Shown piece by piece: positions 36,801 to 49,372 of a stretch of 64,000 nucleotides of DNA (positions are counted from its first letter, which is position 1; each line of letters begins with the position of its first letter). The stretch covers positions 8,494,001 to 8,558,000 of the forward strand of contig JBHGNT010000013.1 of assembly GCA_043228905.1 (NCBI GenBank), given 5' to 3'. This stretch comes from Azolla caroliniana (lineage: Eukaryota; Plantae; Polypodiophyta). Made by a program: the position numbers and the translations under genes. The notes beneath the pieces are model-generated. The model was given only the letters and a program-made list of their open reading frames with translations, made no database searches and was not told where the DNA came from.

Positions 36801-38585
36801 ATCCGACCGCAGACACTTGATCTTCTGTCCCGTTTCGGTTTCCACGAACCCTTTGAGGTCCCGAAAGCAGTCGAAGACTTCGCTCTTCCTCTCAATGAGG
36901 TAGATCCACGTGTGCCGCGTGTGGTCGTCGATGAAGGAGACGAAATATCGGCTCCCGCCAAGACTAACGTTTTGTGCCGGCCCCCATACATCGGAGTGTA
37001 TAAGGTCGAGCTTGTTCCGGCTCCGGTTTCACTCGTTGGGGAAAGGAAGTCGGTGTTGCTTCCCGAGCTGGCAGGCTTCACAAATTTGTGCCTTTCGGCC
37101 ACTAAATTTGGGCAATCCGAACACTACCTGTTTCGATTGCAGATCTTGAAGCCGCTGGTGGTTGACGTGGCCTATCCGCTTGTGCCACAAGTCGATGTCC
37201 GACTCGGATTTTTGTCCCTTCGCGAACATTGCGGTGCCGCCGTCAGTGGAGTCAAGGATGAACATCCTCCCGTCTCTACGCCCTTGCGCAATCACACGAC
37301 CTTCTTCCTCAATGAAGCACCCGAGGTGTGTAAACCGAACCTCCATCCCTTGGTCGACGATCTGTCCGACCGAGACTAAGTTTTTCGTGATTGTCGGAAC
37401 GTGCAGCACGTTCATGAGTTTCCCTTTCTGCCCGATATTGCTAAGGGGAACTTCTCCGACATTCGCGATCGGATGGAGAGTGACGTCTCCTGTTGCGACT
37501 ACTCCAGGTTGTATCGGTTTTTCAAGGTACGAGAACCACTCCTTATGGCTCGTCATGTGGTTTGACGCGCCGGAGTCTACGTACCACACCTCGTCCGATC
37601 TCAGGGTGCTCTGTTTCATTGAGTTTGCTTCGTGTCTCGACACGAAGGCAGACCCTTCTCTGGCTCTCCCGGAGTCTTCGGCGTAGTGCGATCGCTGCCG
37701 ATTTCCCTTGTCGGTATGTCTGGAGCCATTTCTCTCCGAATCGACGCGCTTCTTCCAGCACTCACTTTCCTTGTAGCCTTTCTTACCACAGTACCAGCAC
37801 TCCGCGATGGCCTTCCCTTGCCGGTTCTCATCGCTTCGACTCCCCCTGTTTCCAGAGGGTTCAGAGTTGCTGTCGGCATCACTTCGGTGCCTTCTTCCTT
37901 GATCTCGTCGGCCGCCTCCATTGCGCGCCGACTCGCCTCGTCCTCCACGTCCACGAGGCCTATCTCCCTCCGTGTACAGCATTCTACTGTCAGTGTGCGT
38001 GCTTGTAGACGCACCCACGTGGTTCTCCTCTACCAGGAGCATCGACTATAAGTCGAAAAAGGACGGCGTATTCTCCCGGGTACACACAGCCGTTCGGAAC
38101 GCTCCGAACTTCGACGCCAAACCTCTGAGATAGATCTGGACCATCTCGCTCTCCTCGATGTTCACCTCTATGGAGGCGAGGGAGTCGCAAATATCCTTGA
38201 TCTTCGAGGTATAGTCCGCCACCGACAAGTCGCGTTGTCGTAGGTTGCTCAACTCCTGTCGGAGCTGAAGCTTCCTGGTTGTGGTGCTCGCGGTGAAAAT
38301 CTTCTTCAGATTTTCCCACGCACCCTTCGATGTCTTTGCTTCCCGAACATAGCTCAATAGTTTTTCGCCCACACACGACGCGAAGCAGTATAATACCCTG
38401 CTCTCCAATTGCTCCCATGACGGGAAGTCTCTGTGTGTCGATTCGGGTGTTGCGTCATTAGCTCCTTCGACATAACTCCAGTAGCTGTGCCCGAGCAAGT
38501 ACTGGTGCATCTTGTAGGACCAAGACGCGTAGTTGGTTCTGTCGAGCTTCTCTGTTGGAAGCGAGCTCGCCATGCCTCTATCCAT
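33804..38585 (-). pseudogene. Copia B gag-pol, single frame with ~5 in-frame stops and a C-terminal extension
   Basis: The ORF pieces share one frame. VDSGASNHM, RYKARLVAKGY, YVDDL, KHIEVDYHFVRE. Confidence 0.92.
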
Positions 38586-39437
38586 CGTTCTTCTTGTTCT
38601 TCTTCGTCAAGCTGTGTCGGCTGCAGAGAGGTTCTCAACCCTCGCGCTCTGATACCATGTAAAAAGTAGCGTGCGGAAGCAAGTATAAAGACAGAACAGA
38701 AGGGAGAACACTCAAGTTTAATGGAGAGCTTGAGCTTACGCGGGAGAGACCGAGAGTGTTGGAGAGAAGACACCAAGGGGAGAATATATTATGAAAAGAC
38801 AAAAAACTATACATATATGTGTTCAATGAACACTTTGTACAAGCCCTAGAAGGACTAACTGGAGTACTGACAGTACTTCAATGCTCATTAAGAGTTCCTA
38901 CACTAACTCCCAAATATATTCCTCACGGAATAGCTTTCCTAACGGCCTAACCGATCGGTCCCCGCCGATCCGGTCCTCGGCTTCTTCAGCTGATCCGGCC
39001 GATGTTGAGCTTGTCTCTCAACAATAAAGTTCTGACAGAAAGGAAATAGATTGACAGAGGCGTTTAGTACACAAAAATTTCCTAAACTAACTTTACATTA
39101 CTAAATAAAACGATAGATCTTTACATTGCCTTTGGTTCCTTTTATAGGCAACCAGAAGGACTTTCTCATCAAGAAAACATACTGCCAAAAATGGTAAAAA
39201 CTACAAAATCTCTAACTTAATTTCGGTTTTAATTTAATTCGACAAAATGTTGACTCATCAATCCTCTATACCGATCCGACTCCGACTTCGACTCCGAACC
39301 TTGCCCACTTGTCCGGGTAACACTCATTTTCTCTCTTCCTCTCTCGTGAGTCTTACATAGTCAATCCTCTTAGTACTAATAGTACTTCCCTTCTCTAGTA
39401 CTGATTCTCTCTCTGTTTTAGTACTATTCCTGACAGT

Positions 39438-39449
39438 TTGAACCAATTT
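39438..39449 (+). promoter_or_regulatory. Self-priming PBS of the chromovirus
   Basis: TTGAACCAATTT is the exact reverse complement of AAATTGGTTCAA (63827-63838), which lies ~33 nt downstream of the LTR TATA box. Confidence 0.75.
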
Positions 39450-40698
39450 TCTCCCTTTGGTCTTCTTTTCAGTTTCTCTCATCCCCTTACCCCTTTCTTC
39501 CAATACTATGGCTATTGTTAGCGCCCAAGCATATCAATCCAATTTTTCCAAGTTTCAGTGTCTAAAAGAAAATTTCATTGCATTGGAACAAGAAAACAAA
39601 CAATTGTTAGGGGACCTTCAACAAATTGCTTTAGAAAAACAACAAACGCAACAACAACATGGGGAGTTAGCGTTACGTGTGCAACAACTCGAAGCAACCA
39701 TCGTAGCGTTGCAACAACAGGGATCAAGTCCCCAAGGACTTCATAAGGAGCCCAAGATTGGACTTCCTGTGAAATTTGATGGAACACGATCACAATTCAG
39801 ATGATTCCTTAATCAGGTACGTTTTGTCATTCAGATGCATCCTTCCCGATACCCCATTGATGCAATCCTGAGTAGGTTTAATAGGCACATTGCTCAGCGG
39901 CTCAGCCTTGGCATGGTTTGCTCCATTATTTACGCAAGAAGGACTCAAAGAGTCAATGTTTCTATTTGCAATATCATACATCCTTCTAGCACTATTAAAG
40001 AGGAATCCTTAGTTCAACTTCCCGTGAAATATCATCCTTATGTTGATGTATTTGACAAGGTAAAAGCCGGTACTCTTCATCATCATCGTCCCTATGATGG
40101 TCCCATCGATTTACAACCAAGAAAAGAGCCACCGTGGGGACCAATTTACAACTTGTCACCAACCGAATTGGAAGTCCTTCGAGCCTACATAGAGGAGAAT
40201 TTGGCAAGCGGGTTTATTCGTCATTCGAAATCTCCAGCCGGTGCACCCATTTTCTTTGTCAAGAAGAAAGATGGATCCCTTCATCTCGTCGTTGATTACC
40301 GGGCCTTGTGTTGTCTGCCTGGCCGGACTAGCCTCAACACAGGTGTCTATCCGACACTTCTCCAAAGGGGTGGGAAGGATTGGATGCTAGGTTACACGCG
40401 TAAGATGATTACAATTAAGCACAGACGGTAAAACAATACAAAGATACAGATAAACACGCAATAATTACTTTTGTATTACTTCTGTCCCGTCTTTACAAAT
40501 CATTGGATCCTTTTATAGGCATCCGGCAAGGTTACAACCGGCATCCGAATCGGTCCGGATCCGGATCGGTCCGGTTCTGGATCGGTACAACTGTACCGAA
40601 TCCGTCCCTCCGAATAATAATTATACTATTATTTACTTCCTATTATCAGATCCGACTCCGCCTTCCCACTTGCCCTTGCTCTTCTGACCGTCAACACA

Positions 40699-40738
40699 TG
40701 GCACGCCCGTGGGAAAGTGCCTTGCACTTCGAATCCAC
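40699..40738 (-). other. tRNA-Arg-3'-half-like structured motif at the PPT position of G2
   Basis: Element strand reads GTGGATTCG-AAGTGC-AAG-GCACTT-T-CCCAC-GGGCGTG-CCA, then TG, then LTR TGTT. Confidence 0.8.
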
Positions 40739-40746
40739 TCCCGGCC

Positions 40747-43700
40747 TCATTCTTCCTCCAAAATATCGAGCACACTCTGCTCGAAGGTGTCAAGTGGTGC
40801 TTCTTCCTCCAATTCCTGTTCCTTGCCTGCCTGATCTCCGACCTCCGGTTGGGTTGGCTGTTCCGTAAAAATTTGTTGCTCCGGCTTTGCTTGATTCTGT
40901 GGTACCAGTGCTTCCTCATTGCTCCGTCCGGGTTCTTCTTGTTCTCCCTCCATTCCAGGCTCTGTTCTGTTACCAGTGTCGCTTTCTCCGGTCTCGACTG
41001 CTCGGCTTGGTGCGCCTTCTTCCTCTGCTCCAGTGTCTTCCGGTCTCAGCTCTTCTTCTTCCCCGGCATCGGTCTGCTCCTGCCCTTCTTGATTTCCTTC
41101 GACCGGAAGTTCTTCTTCGGGTATTCCTTGTCGGGGTTGTTCGGTGTCGGTTGGTTCAACTTCAGCCGGTCGCTCTCCCTCACTTATAGTGATTGGCGTC
41201 GTTCTTCCCTTGGCTTCCTGTCGTAACCGGTCCTGCTCGTATTTCTCCAACTCCAACTGAGTTGCGAGCTGCCCGTCATCCAACCTCTCTACCAACCCTC
41301 GGATTTCTTTGAGATGTTCTTCCGCTAAAGCGTAGAAATCCTCTGACAATTCTTCCCGAATGGCGACGATACTTTCTTCATCCATCTTGTAGAACTTGTC
41401 ACCAGTCTTCCTCCGATTCTCGGCATCAGCTCGGAGTGTCTGCAGCTCGGCTGCCTGTTGTGACCACTCCTTCCATAGCTTTTCCGTACTTTCGTTGATG
41501 CTTGCCTGAGCTCGGGTACTCCAACCTAACATGATGAGCTTGATCCGGTCAACCCCCGCCTTAGCATGCGCATAAGCTTCTTGCTTTTCCTTCCTTGCCC
41601 GTTTTATAATGTCGGCCATTATCTGAGCCTGGGCTTCGTAATCCGCTTTCTGCTTTTCATAGGTACTTTGCAGTTTGTTGATCGTGAAGGTCGATCTTTC
41701 CTTTTCTTCATTCTTGATCTTGGTCAGATCTAGCTTTTCCCGCCTTAGTGCCTCTAATTCCTTCCTTCTCTCCGTCGCTTGGGTTATTTCTGCCGACAAT
41801 GCTTCCTTTTTGGCACTGACCTCGTCCATTGTCTTAGCCAGGTCTAATCGGGTCTCTTTGAGCTGTTCTTTCAACTTCTCTATTTGCCGGTCGTAGTCTG
41901 CTGCCCGTTTCTTGTTGTCCGACTCGGCCTGCTTGTGATCTCGGTAGAGTCGGTCGAAGTCCTCCGTCTTCTGTTTTAGGCGTCGGTTTACTTGAGCTCT
42001 TAACCGGTCGTCCCGGTCCTTCTGTTGTCGGAGTTCTTCTTGCAGTCGTTCTATCTCCTGCTCGGCCTGTTGACGCAGTCGGTCCTTCTCCTTTTGCAGC
42101 TTCTCTTTTTCTTCTTGCAGTCGGTCATTAGTGGCTCGGCCTTTCCGGAGGCCCTCTTCCATTTTCCGTCTGTCGTCCTCCACCGCTTTCCGCTGCTCCC
42201 TTTCTTTTTCCCTTAATGCCTCCTGAGCTTTTAACTCCTCCCGTAAGGTTTCTATTATTTTTTCGGTCTCAGGGCCAGTTTGCAAGGCTACCGGTTCCGG
42301 TTCCGGTTCTGGTTGCTTCCTTGTTGTCCCGACCGGCTCGGTGACAACTTCTGCTTGTTGAATTCCTTCCCTTGCCTGCAACAGCTCCCCTTGCAATTCC
42401 TGGATCTGTGTTCGGAGCACGACCAACTCCTGGGTTGTTGTATGCGTCAGGTGTTGCCTACACGTTTCTTCTTCCTCTAACTGGTCCGCTACTCCCGATA
42501 ACTACTCTGAAAGCCATCTCAGCCATTGTGGCTTTGTGCTTCCTGTGTTGGGGTAGCATTGCTCACTTCTACTCCTTAACTCAGGCTGTTTTTCCGGCCT
42601 TTTCTCTGGCTCCGGCGCTTGTTCATTCCTCTTCTCTGGGATGACCGGTTCTCTGAAGTCCGGCAAAACCGGTGTCGGTGCTGCTTCCCTCGGTACGGGT
42701 TCCGGTACTGCTTCCGCCCCGGCTACTGGAGGTGGACCTTGCGCCCTCTGCTGAGTTTTGTCAACTGGTGGAGCCGGTCCTCTCGCCCGTCTCTCCCGAC
42801 CTTGTCTTGCTGGGGGTCTTACCAGTGGTTCGGATGAGTCTTCTGTTTCAGCTTCCTCCTCCGGTGCGGCTACCAGATGGACCTTTTGTATAAAGACCTC
42901 TGGTTCTGGTTCCGGCCGTCGCAGCGTTATATTGATTTGTTTGAGCGCTACCGGTTCCTCCTCGACCGATTTTCCTTTGCCTTTTCCTACCGGTTTTTCC
43001 TTTGTTGCCGGTTCCTGTTGCTGTCGGGATGGTCCTTCCTCCCACTGTTCTGCTTCTTCCTGGGTCCATCCTGGGGTGTGTTTCTCCAAGATATGTCGGC
43101 GCTTTGTGACCTTTTTCGGCGTCGTCTCCTGCCGATCTCTTTTCTTTTGTTTGATGGGGAGCACCGGTGGGACTAACACCATTAGCCATTGTGCTATCCC
43201 GGCCCATGGCTTTTTTCCTTCCACAAGGTTCTTGATGGCCTCCTTCAATCCTTCGGTTATGAAATGGAGCCAGTCCACTTGTAATCCTTCGTACGTTGCA
43301 ATTAAGAACGCTGCCCGGTACCTAGCTATGGCCGGGGGACGAGAATTCACGAATCCGTATTCCATCAAGGCGTGGGCCACTTCTCCGAACAGTAGGTTCT
43401 CTCCGCCCTGTGTTCGGTACGCCTTGCTGCTGATGGAATACTCACCGAAATATTCAAACAGGATTTCACTTGAAGGGTTTTCGATCGTTTGAAGTCCTCT
43501 TGCTTTTATCCCCGTGAGCACCTACACCGCTCCTTTCGTGATTTCTGAAAAATCAATCGATGCTGCCGCCTGCTCTGGTTCTGCGTGTGGTGGAGCGTCG
43601 GCGGTCCGCAGCAATCCTTCTAACCTGTTCTCCATCAACCATTGGCCTGCCTCCTCCGACAGTGCCATTGGTTCGAATTCTTCTTCTGTTGTCTGTTGTT

Positions 43701-43950
43701 CGGGATCGGGATGTGTGTGCACTGTGCGTCGGATGGCTCTTCTGTGCTTCTGTGCCTGTGTGTAGGAAAATTCGTAAAAAGTAAGTCCTTCGCAGGCCTG
43801 TGTCTTATATAGTGGCTTTTGCTTCGAGCCGCCCTTTTTCATTTCCCGCGCATGTCTATCTCCCGCCATAATTAGTATGTCCTTTCTTGCTTGCCGCGTG
43901 TGAGTAATACCTCGTATGTCGGTGCCCACGTTCCATGCTTTAAATAGCAA
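40747..43950 (-). pseudogene. G2 extra ORF (~1050 codons, two in-frame TAG stops; start codon uncertain)
   Basis: Three pieces in one frame. The YFGEYS..KAY.T.GG and W..W..QAAELQ.LRAD..NR blocks are shared with G1. Confidence 0.85.
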
Positions 43951-44121
43951 GTACGCGCACGTCCTCCTTTACTGCATGGCGCCTCTTCGTTGCATGGTGG
44001 CGCTCCCACCTCTTGTGATCTCCCCATCACTACTATGTTTTGTTTTTTTTTTTTCTCTCTTTTTTCTCTTTTTTTTCTCTTTTTGTTTGGACCACGTCAT
44101 TTTCTGGTCCCCCCTGATTTG

Positions 44122-47100
44122 TGTTAAACACGGTGCTCGGCCACAACCAAGGAATAGGATCAACTCTCAGAAAACAGGAAATACAAAATGCACGAGACAA
44201 TAGAGAGAAGAGTACACAGAATGTTTTACGTGGAAAACCCTAAATGGGAAAAACCACGGGAGTCCTCAGACTCCAACCATCACTATAAACAGGGATGTAC
44301 AATGGTGAAGCTACAAGGCAACAACCTTGTGCTCACTATCTTCGCCACAGGCGGCGGTAATACACAGAGGCAACGACCTCTTCGTCTCTCTCTCTCTCTC
44401 TCTCTGCTGCTCTCACTTCGCTCCCTCTAAGTGGAAAACAGAAAAATGAGCAACAACAACAAAACTGTTTGCCCTAAGTCATATTTATACACATATGACT
44501 TTCGAGCTATTTACAAATATAGCCTCAAGGGCCCTTGGCAAACATATTCACAAATATGTCCCCGCATCCGGATCTCTCTCCGGGTACATTCATCATCCGG
44601 CTCCGTAGCCGGGGTCTTCATCATCCGGTTCCCGGACATCTGACCATCCCATCCGGAGGGACCGTAATCCCAACAAACTCCCCCTTCACTTCGGCATGGG
44701 ATGTCTTTCCAGTCCGACCCTCTTCCGGCACGCTTCCAGCTTGTCGGGTGTGAGCACTTTGGTCAGCATATCTGACCCGTTCTCGTCCGTGTGGATCTTT
44801 GTCAGCACGAACTCCTGGTCTTCTATCCTTTCCCGGATCCAATGATATCTTCGCTGGATGTGCTTCGTCCGGGAGTGATAGGTCGCGTTCTTCGCAAGGT
44901 GGATGGCACTCTGACTGTCGCAGTAGAGTCGGTACTCCTCCTGCCGGATACCGAGCTCTCTAATGAAGTCCTTCATCCATATTATTTCCTTGCCGGCTTC
45001 AACAGCTGCCATGTACTCCGCCTCCGTGGTTGACAACGCAACTGTCTTCTGCAGCCTCGACTGCCACGACACCGCTCCCCCTGCATACGTCATCACATAC
45101 CCTGATGTGGACCGGCTGGTATCTGCATCAGCCGACATATCCGAATCGGTAAAGCCGTCGAGTTCGGGCTTACCGGAGCCGAATCGGAGGCACACGTTTG
45201 TCGTGCCATTCAGGTATCGGAGTATCCACTTGACCGCGTTCCAGTGCTCTTTGCCGAGATTACTCATGTACCGGCTCACCACTCCGACTGCATATCCTAT
45301 GTCCGGTCTTGTACACACCATTGCGTACATCAAGCTTCCGACGGCAGAGGCATATGGTACTTTCATCATGTCCTCCTTCTCAGCCTTTGTCTTGGGGCTT
45401 TGCTTGCTGGACAACTTGCAGTTTGCCGGGAGGGTTGACCCGACCGGTCTTGCTTCCGACATGTTGAACCGGTGAAGCACCTTTGTCACGTACTACTCCT
45501 GTGACAGCCACAACTGCTTCTTCTTCCGGTCCCGGATGATGTGCATCCCTAGTATTTGCCTCGCCGGACCCAGGTCCTTCATTGAGAAGGTTCGGTGAAG
45601 CGCTTTCTTCAGCATCCGTATTTTGACCTGGTCCCGTCCGACGATCAACATGTCGTCCACGTACAGGAGGAGTATTAGAAAGTCTCCTCCTTCGAACTTC
45701 TTCACAAACACGCAGTGATCGGACTGCGTTTTGTGGTACCCTTCGTCGGTCATGAAAGAGTCGAACTTCCGGTACCATTGCCGGGGAGCCTGCTTCAGAC
45801 CGTAAAGGCTCTTCTTCAACCGGCATACCAGGTGCTCCTTCCCTTTCTTCTCGAATCCTTCCGGTTGCTGCATGTAGATCTCTTCTTCGAGGTCACCGTG
45901 AAGGAATGCCGTCTTCACGTCCATCTGTTCTACCTCGAGGTCCATGCTTGCCGCTATGCTCAGCACCGTCCGGATGGAGGTCATCTTCACTACCGGGGCA
46001 AATATCTCGTCGAAGTCGACGCCCTTCTTCTGCTGGAACCCCTTCACCACGATCCTGGCTTTGTATCTCGGGGGGTTTCCGGCATCTCCCGGTTTCAGCT
46101 TGAACACCCACTTGTTTCGAAGTGCCCGCTTTCCTTTCGGCAACTCCACAAGTTCATATGTGTGGTTCTCATGCAGGGAATCCATCTCCTCCTGCATGGC
46201 ACTTAACCACCTGCGGCTATGGGTGTCAAGCTTTGCTTCTTCAAAACTCTCCGGCTCCCCCTCGTCGGTTAGCAGCACGTGCTCTGGTTCCGGAAATCTC
46301 CGGGGGGGCCTTCTCTCTCTTAGAGGATATCTCCGTTCCGGAGCTTCGGTAACCGGCTCCTCCGTTTCCTCTTCATCCGAATCCATTTCGGGATCGGGGC
46401 CGGTTCCGGTATCAGTTTCATCTTCCTCGGCCGGTTCTGTTTCTTCACCGTCTTCGGCCGGATCCTCGAGTGCTAACCGGTCCCTTGCCGGTCGGGACTG
46501 CTCCTCGTAGAGTTGATCCTCACCGGTCGACTTGGAGCTCTTCATCTTCTTCTCCGACTCCCAGTCGGCGAGTGTCTTGTCCTCCATGAAGACGATATCT
46601 CGACTCCTGAATATCTTCTTGTCGACCAGGTCCCATACTCGGTAGCCGAACTCGTCGTCGCCGTAACCGAGGAATATGCATGGCCGGGTCTTTGGATCTA
46701 ACTTTCCTCTCCGGTCCTTTGCCACATGCATGTATGTGAGACACCCGAACACCTTCAGATGCCGGTAGGACACTTCCTTACCGGTCCACACTTTCTGCGG
46801 CGTGTCTCCGTCCAAAGGTACTGAGGGTGATCTATTTATCACATACGTCGCCGTCGACATTGCCTCAGCCCAAAATCCCTTGGGTAATTTCGCATGTGCT
46901 AGCATACTCCGGACCCTCTCCATTATGGTCCGGTTCATCCTCTCGGCCAGCCCGTTCAGTTCCGGCGTCTTCGTCACAGTAAACTCGAGCCGGATTCCCT
47001 TCGAGCGACAGTACTCTGCGAACTGCCCCCGGTATCCCCCTCCGTTATCCGCTCGTATCGCTTTCAGCTTCTTGCCGGATTCTCTTTCCACTCTCGCGTG

Positions 47101-49372
47101 GAGTTCTTTGAAGACGCACAACACTTGGTCCTTTGTCTTCAACGGTGCTGTCCACAGCTTCCGGCTGTGGTCATCAATGAATGTCACGAAGTACTGGGCT
47201 CCGCCATGTGACTTCGTTTCTACTTGACACACGTCAGTGTGCACCAACTCCAATGGTGCGCTACGTCTCGTCGGTGGCCTTGAGTGGAAGGAGGCTCGGT
47301 TCTGCTTACCGGCCAGGCAATCGGTGCACTTCTCCAGATGCACATGCTTCACTGGAATAAGGTTGTCTTCTGCAAGCCTCTTCATCCCCTTCTCGCTCAT
47401 GTGGCACAGTCTCTTGTGCCACAGCTCACCGGCAGTGTCAGCTGCCACGTTCAACTCCTCCGGACATAGCCGGGAATTCATCAGGTACAGTGTGTTGACC
47501 TTCCGGGCCCGAGCCACTATCAGGCTCCCTTTGCTGAACTTCATGACACCGTTCCGGATGCTACCCGTGTAGCCTTCATCGTCTAGCCTCCCGGCCGAAA
47601 TCAGGTTCAATCGAACCTCCGGAACGTGTCGGACATCCTTCAGCAGCATCTTGCATCCGGTTGATGTCATCAACCACACGTCTCCTATGCCGGCAATCCG
47701 GCATGTACCTTCATTTCCCATCCAGACACAGTCGTGCTCACCGGCTGTGTAGGATGAGAAGTATTTCTTCTCCGGGGTCAGGTGGAACGACCCTCCGAAA
47801 TCGACCACCCAGGTCATCTCTTCACCGGCAAGGTTCAGCTCCCTCTCTTCGGTAATGAGCATTATCTCTTCTTCCCTTGCCGCGAGTGCCGTCGTTCCTT
47901 TCCGGTCCTGCCCTCGCCGATCCGGACCTCTCCGGTCCGTGGCTCCCCGGTATGCACCGTTTCGCTCCGGTGACTTCTTCGAATCGGTACCGTCGGTTCC
48001 GTTGTCTTTCCGGAAATGCCGACAGTTCTTCTGGAAGTGCCCCGGCTTCCCACAGTAGAAGCATGTAGGTCTTCCCCTCGACTGCGACCGTGTCCCCGAC
48101 TTCTCCCGTCTTTGCGGACTCCGGTTCCGTTGTCTTCCCCGTTCCGATTCGGTAAGCAGCGCCTTCGAGTCGGAGGCCGGTTCTTTATCTCTCCGACGCG
48201 CTTCTTCATTTAGAATACTTGTCTTTACCGTTAGTAAAGACAAGTTCTCTTCCTTACAGGAGGTGCTGAGAGTAACTACCAAGTTCTCCCAGCTCTCCGG
48301 AAGGGTACACATCAGCATGATGGCTTGCATTGCGTCATCCAACGGGAACTTGATCGCCGCAAGCTGGTTCACGAATCCCATGAACGTGCTGACGTGTTCG
48401 ACCATGCTCTCGTCGTCCCGGTACTTAAGATTCACTATCTTCCTCATCAGGGAGGTCCGGTTCAGAGCATTCTTCCTCTCATAAAGTCCGGACAGCTTCT
48501 GCCACATCTCATAGGCGTTCGTATTGTTCGCCACATGTTGCAGAACACTTACATCGACGTATTGCCGGATCGTCGCTACGGCTTTCCGGTTCAGGAGCTT
48601 CCACTCCGACTCTATTACCCCCTTGGGTATCTCGGCATTGTCGATCGGTTCGTACAGGTCTCGGACGATGAGAAGGTCTTCCATCTTTATCTTCCAGTCG
48701 GCGTAGTTCTGTGAGTTCAACACCATCATGCCCGGAGGCCCACTACCGCCGCCTTCCATTTTCTGTGTTAACCTTGCTCTGATACCACTTTGTTAAACAC
48801 GGTGCTCGGCCACAACCAAGGAATAGGATCAACTCTCAGAAAACAGGAAATACAAAATGCACGAGACAATAGAGAGAAGAGTACACAGAATGTTTTACGT
48901 GGAAAACCCTAAATGGGAAAAACCACGGGAGTCCTCAGACTCCAACCATCACTATAAACAGGGATGTACAATGGTGAAGCTACAAGGCAACAACCTTGTG
49001 CTCACTGTGTTCGCCATAGGCGGCGGTAATACACAGAGGCAACGAGCTCTTCGTCTCTCTCTCTCTCTCTCTCTGCTGCTCTCACTTCGCTCCCTCTAAG
49101 TGGAAAACAGAAAAATGAGCAACAACAACAAAACTGTTTGCCCTAAGTCATATTTATACACATATGACTTTCGGGCTATTTACAAATATAGCCTCAAGGG
49201 CCCTTGGCAAACATATTCACAAATATGTCCCCGCATCCGGATCTCTCTCCGGGTACATTCATCATCCGGCTCCGTAGCCGGGGTCTTCATCATCCGGCTC
49301 CGTAGCCGGGGTCTTCATCATCCGGTTCCGGGACATCTGACCATCCCATCCGGACGGACCGTAATCCCAACA
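44122..49372 (-). mobile_element. Complete copia family A element A2, inserted in the last codons of G2 pol
   Basis: LTRs 48791-49372 and 44122-44675, ATTTG TSD, PBS 48776-48787. Confidence 0.97.
44686..48759 (-). pseudogene. A2 gag-pol with one premature stop (45493) and protease DSG changed to DFG
   Basis: Nearly identical protein to A1. Confidence 0.95.

Larger units (their letters stand above)
24006..39023 (-). mobile_element. Complete copia family B element (host of G1)
   Basis: 366-bp LTRs at 24006-24371 and 38658-39023 (about 10 differences by eye), ATAAA TSD, PBS 38646-38657, PPT 24372-24380. Confidence 0.95.
23644..39322 (-). mobile_element. Remnant gypsy element G3 (same group as G1/G2): 5' LTR split by copia B (39322-39024 and 24005-23848), PBS and gag N-terminus
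   Basis: TGTTACCCGGAC start, PBS TGGCATGCCCGGT, and MSSDPDTPVSCKRPSTRSVTK matching G1 gag MSYKEETPVTCKRPCTRSVTK. Confidence 0.8.

Noticed and set aside
40295-40315. Insertions falling at RT motifs (CINY at 7130, VDYRAL at 40308, YLGD at 55886) as targeted integration
   Set aside because: Three different families with unrelated TSDs and too few events, so chance is sufficient.
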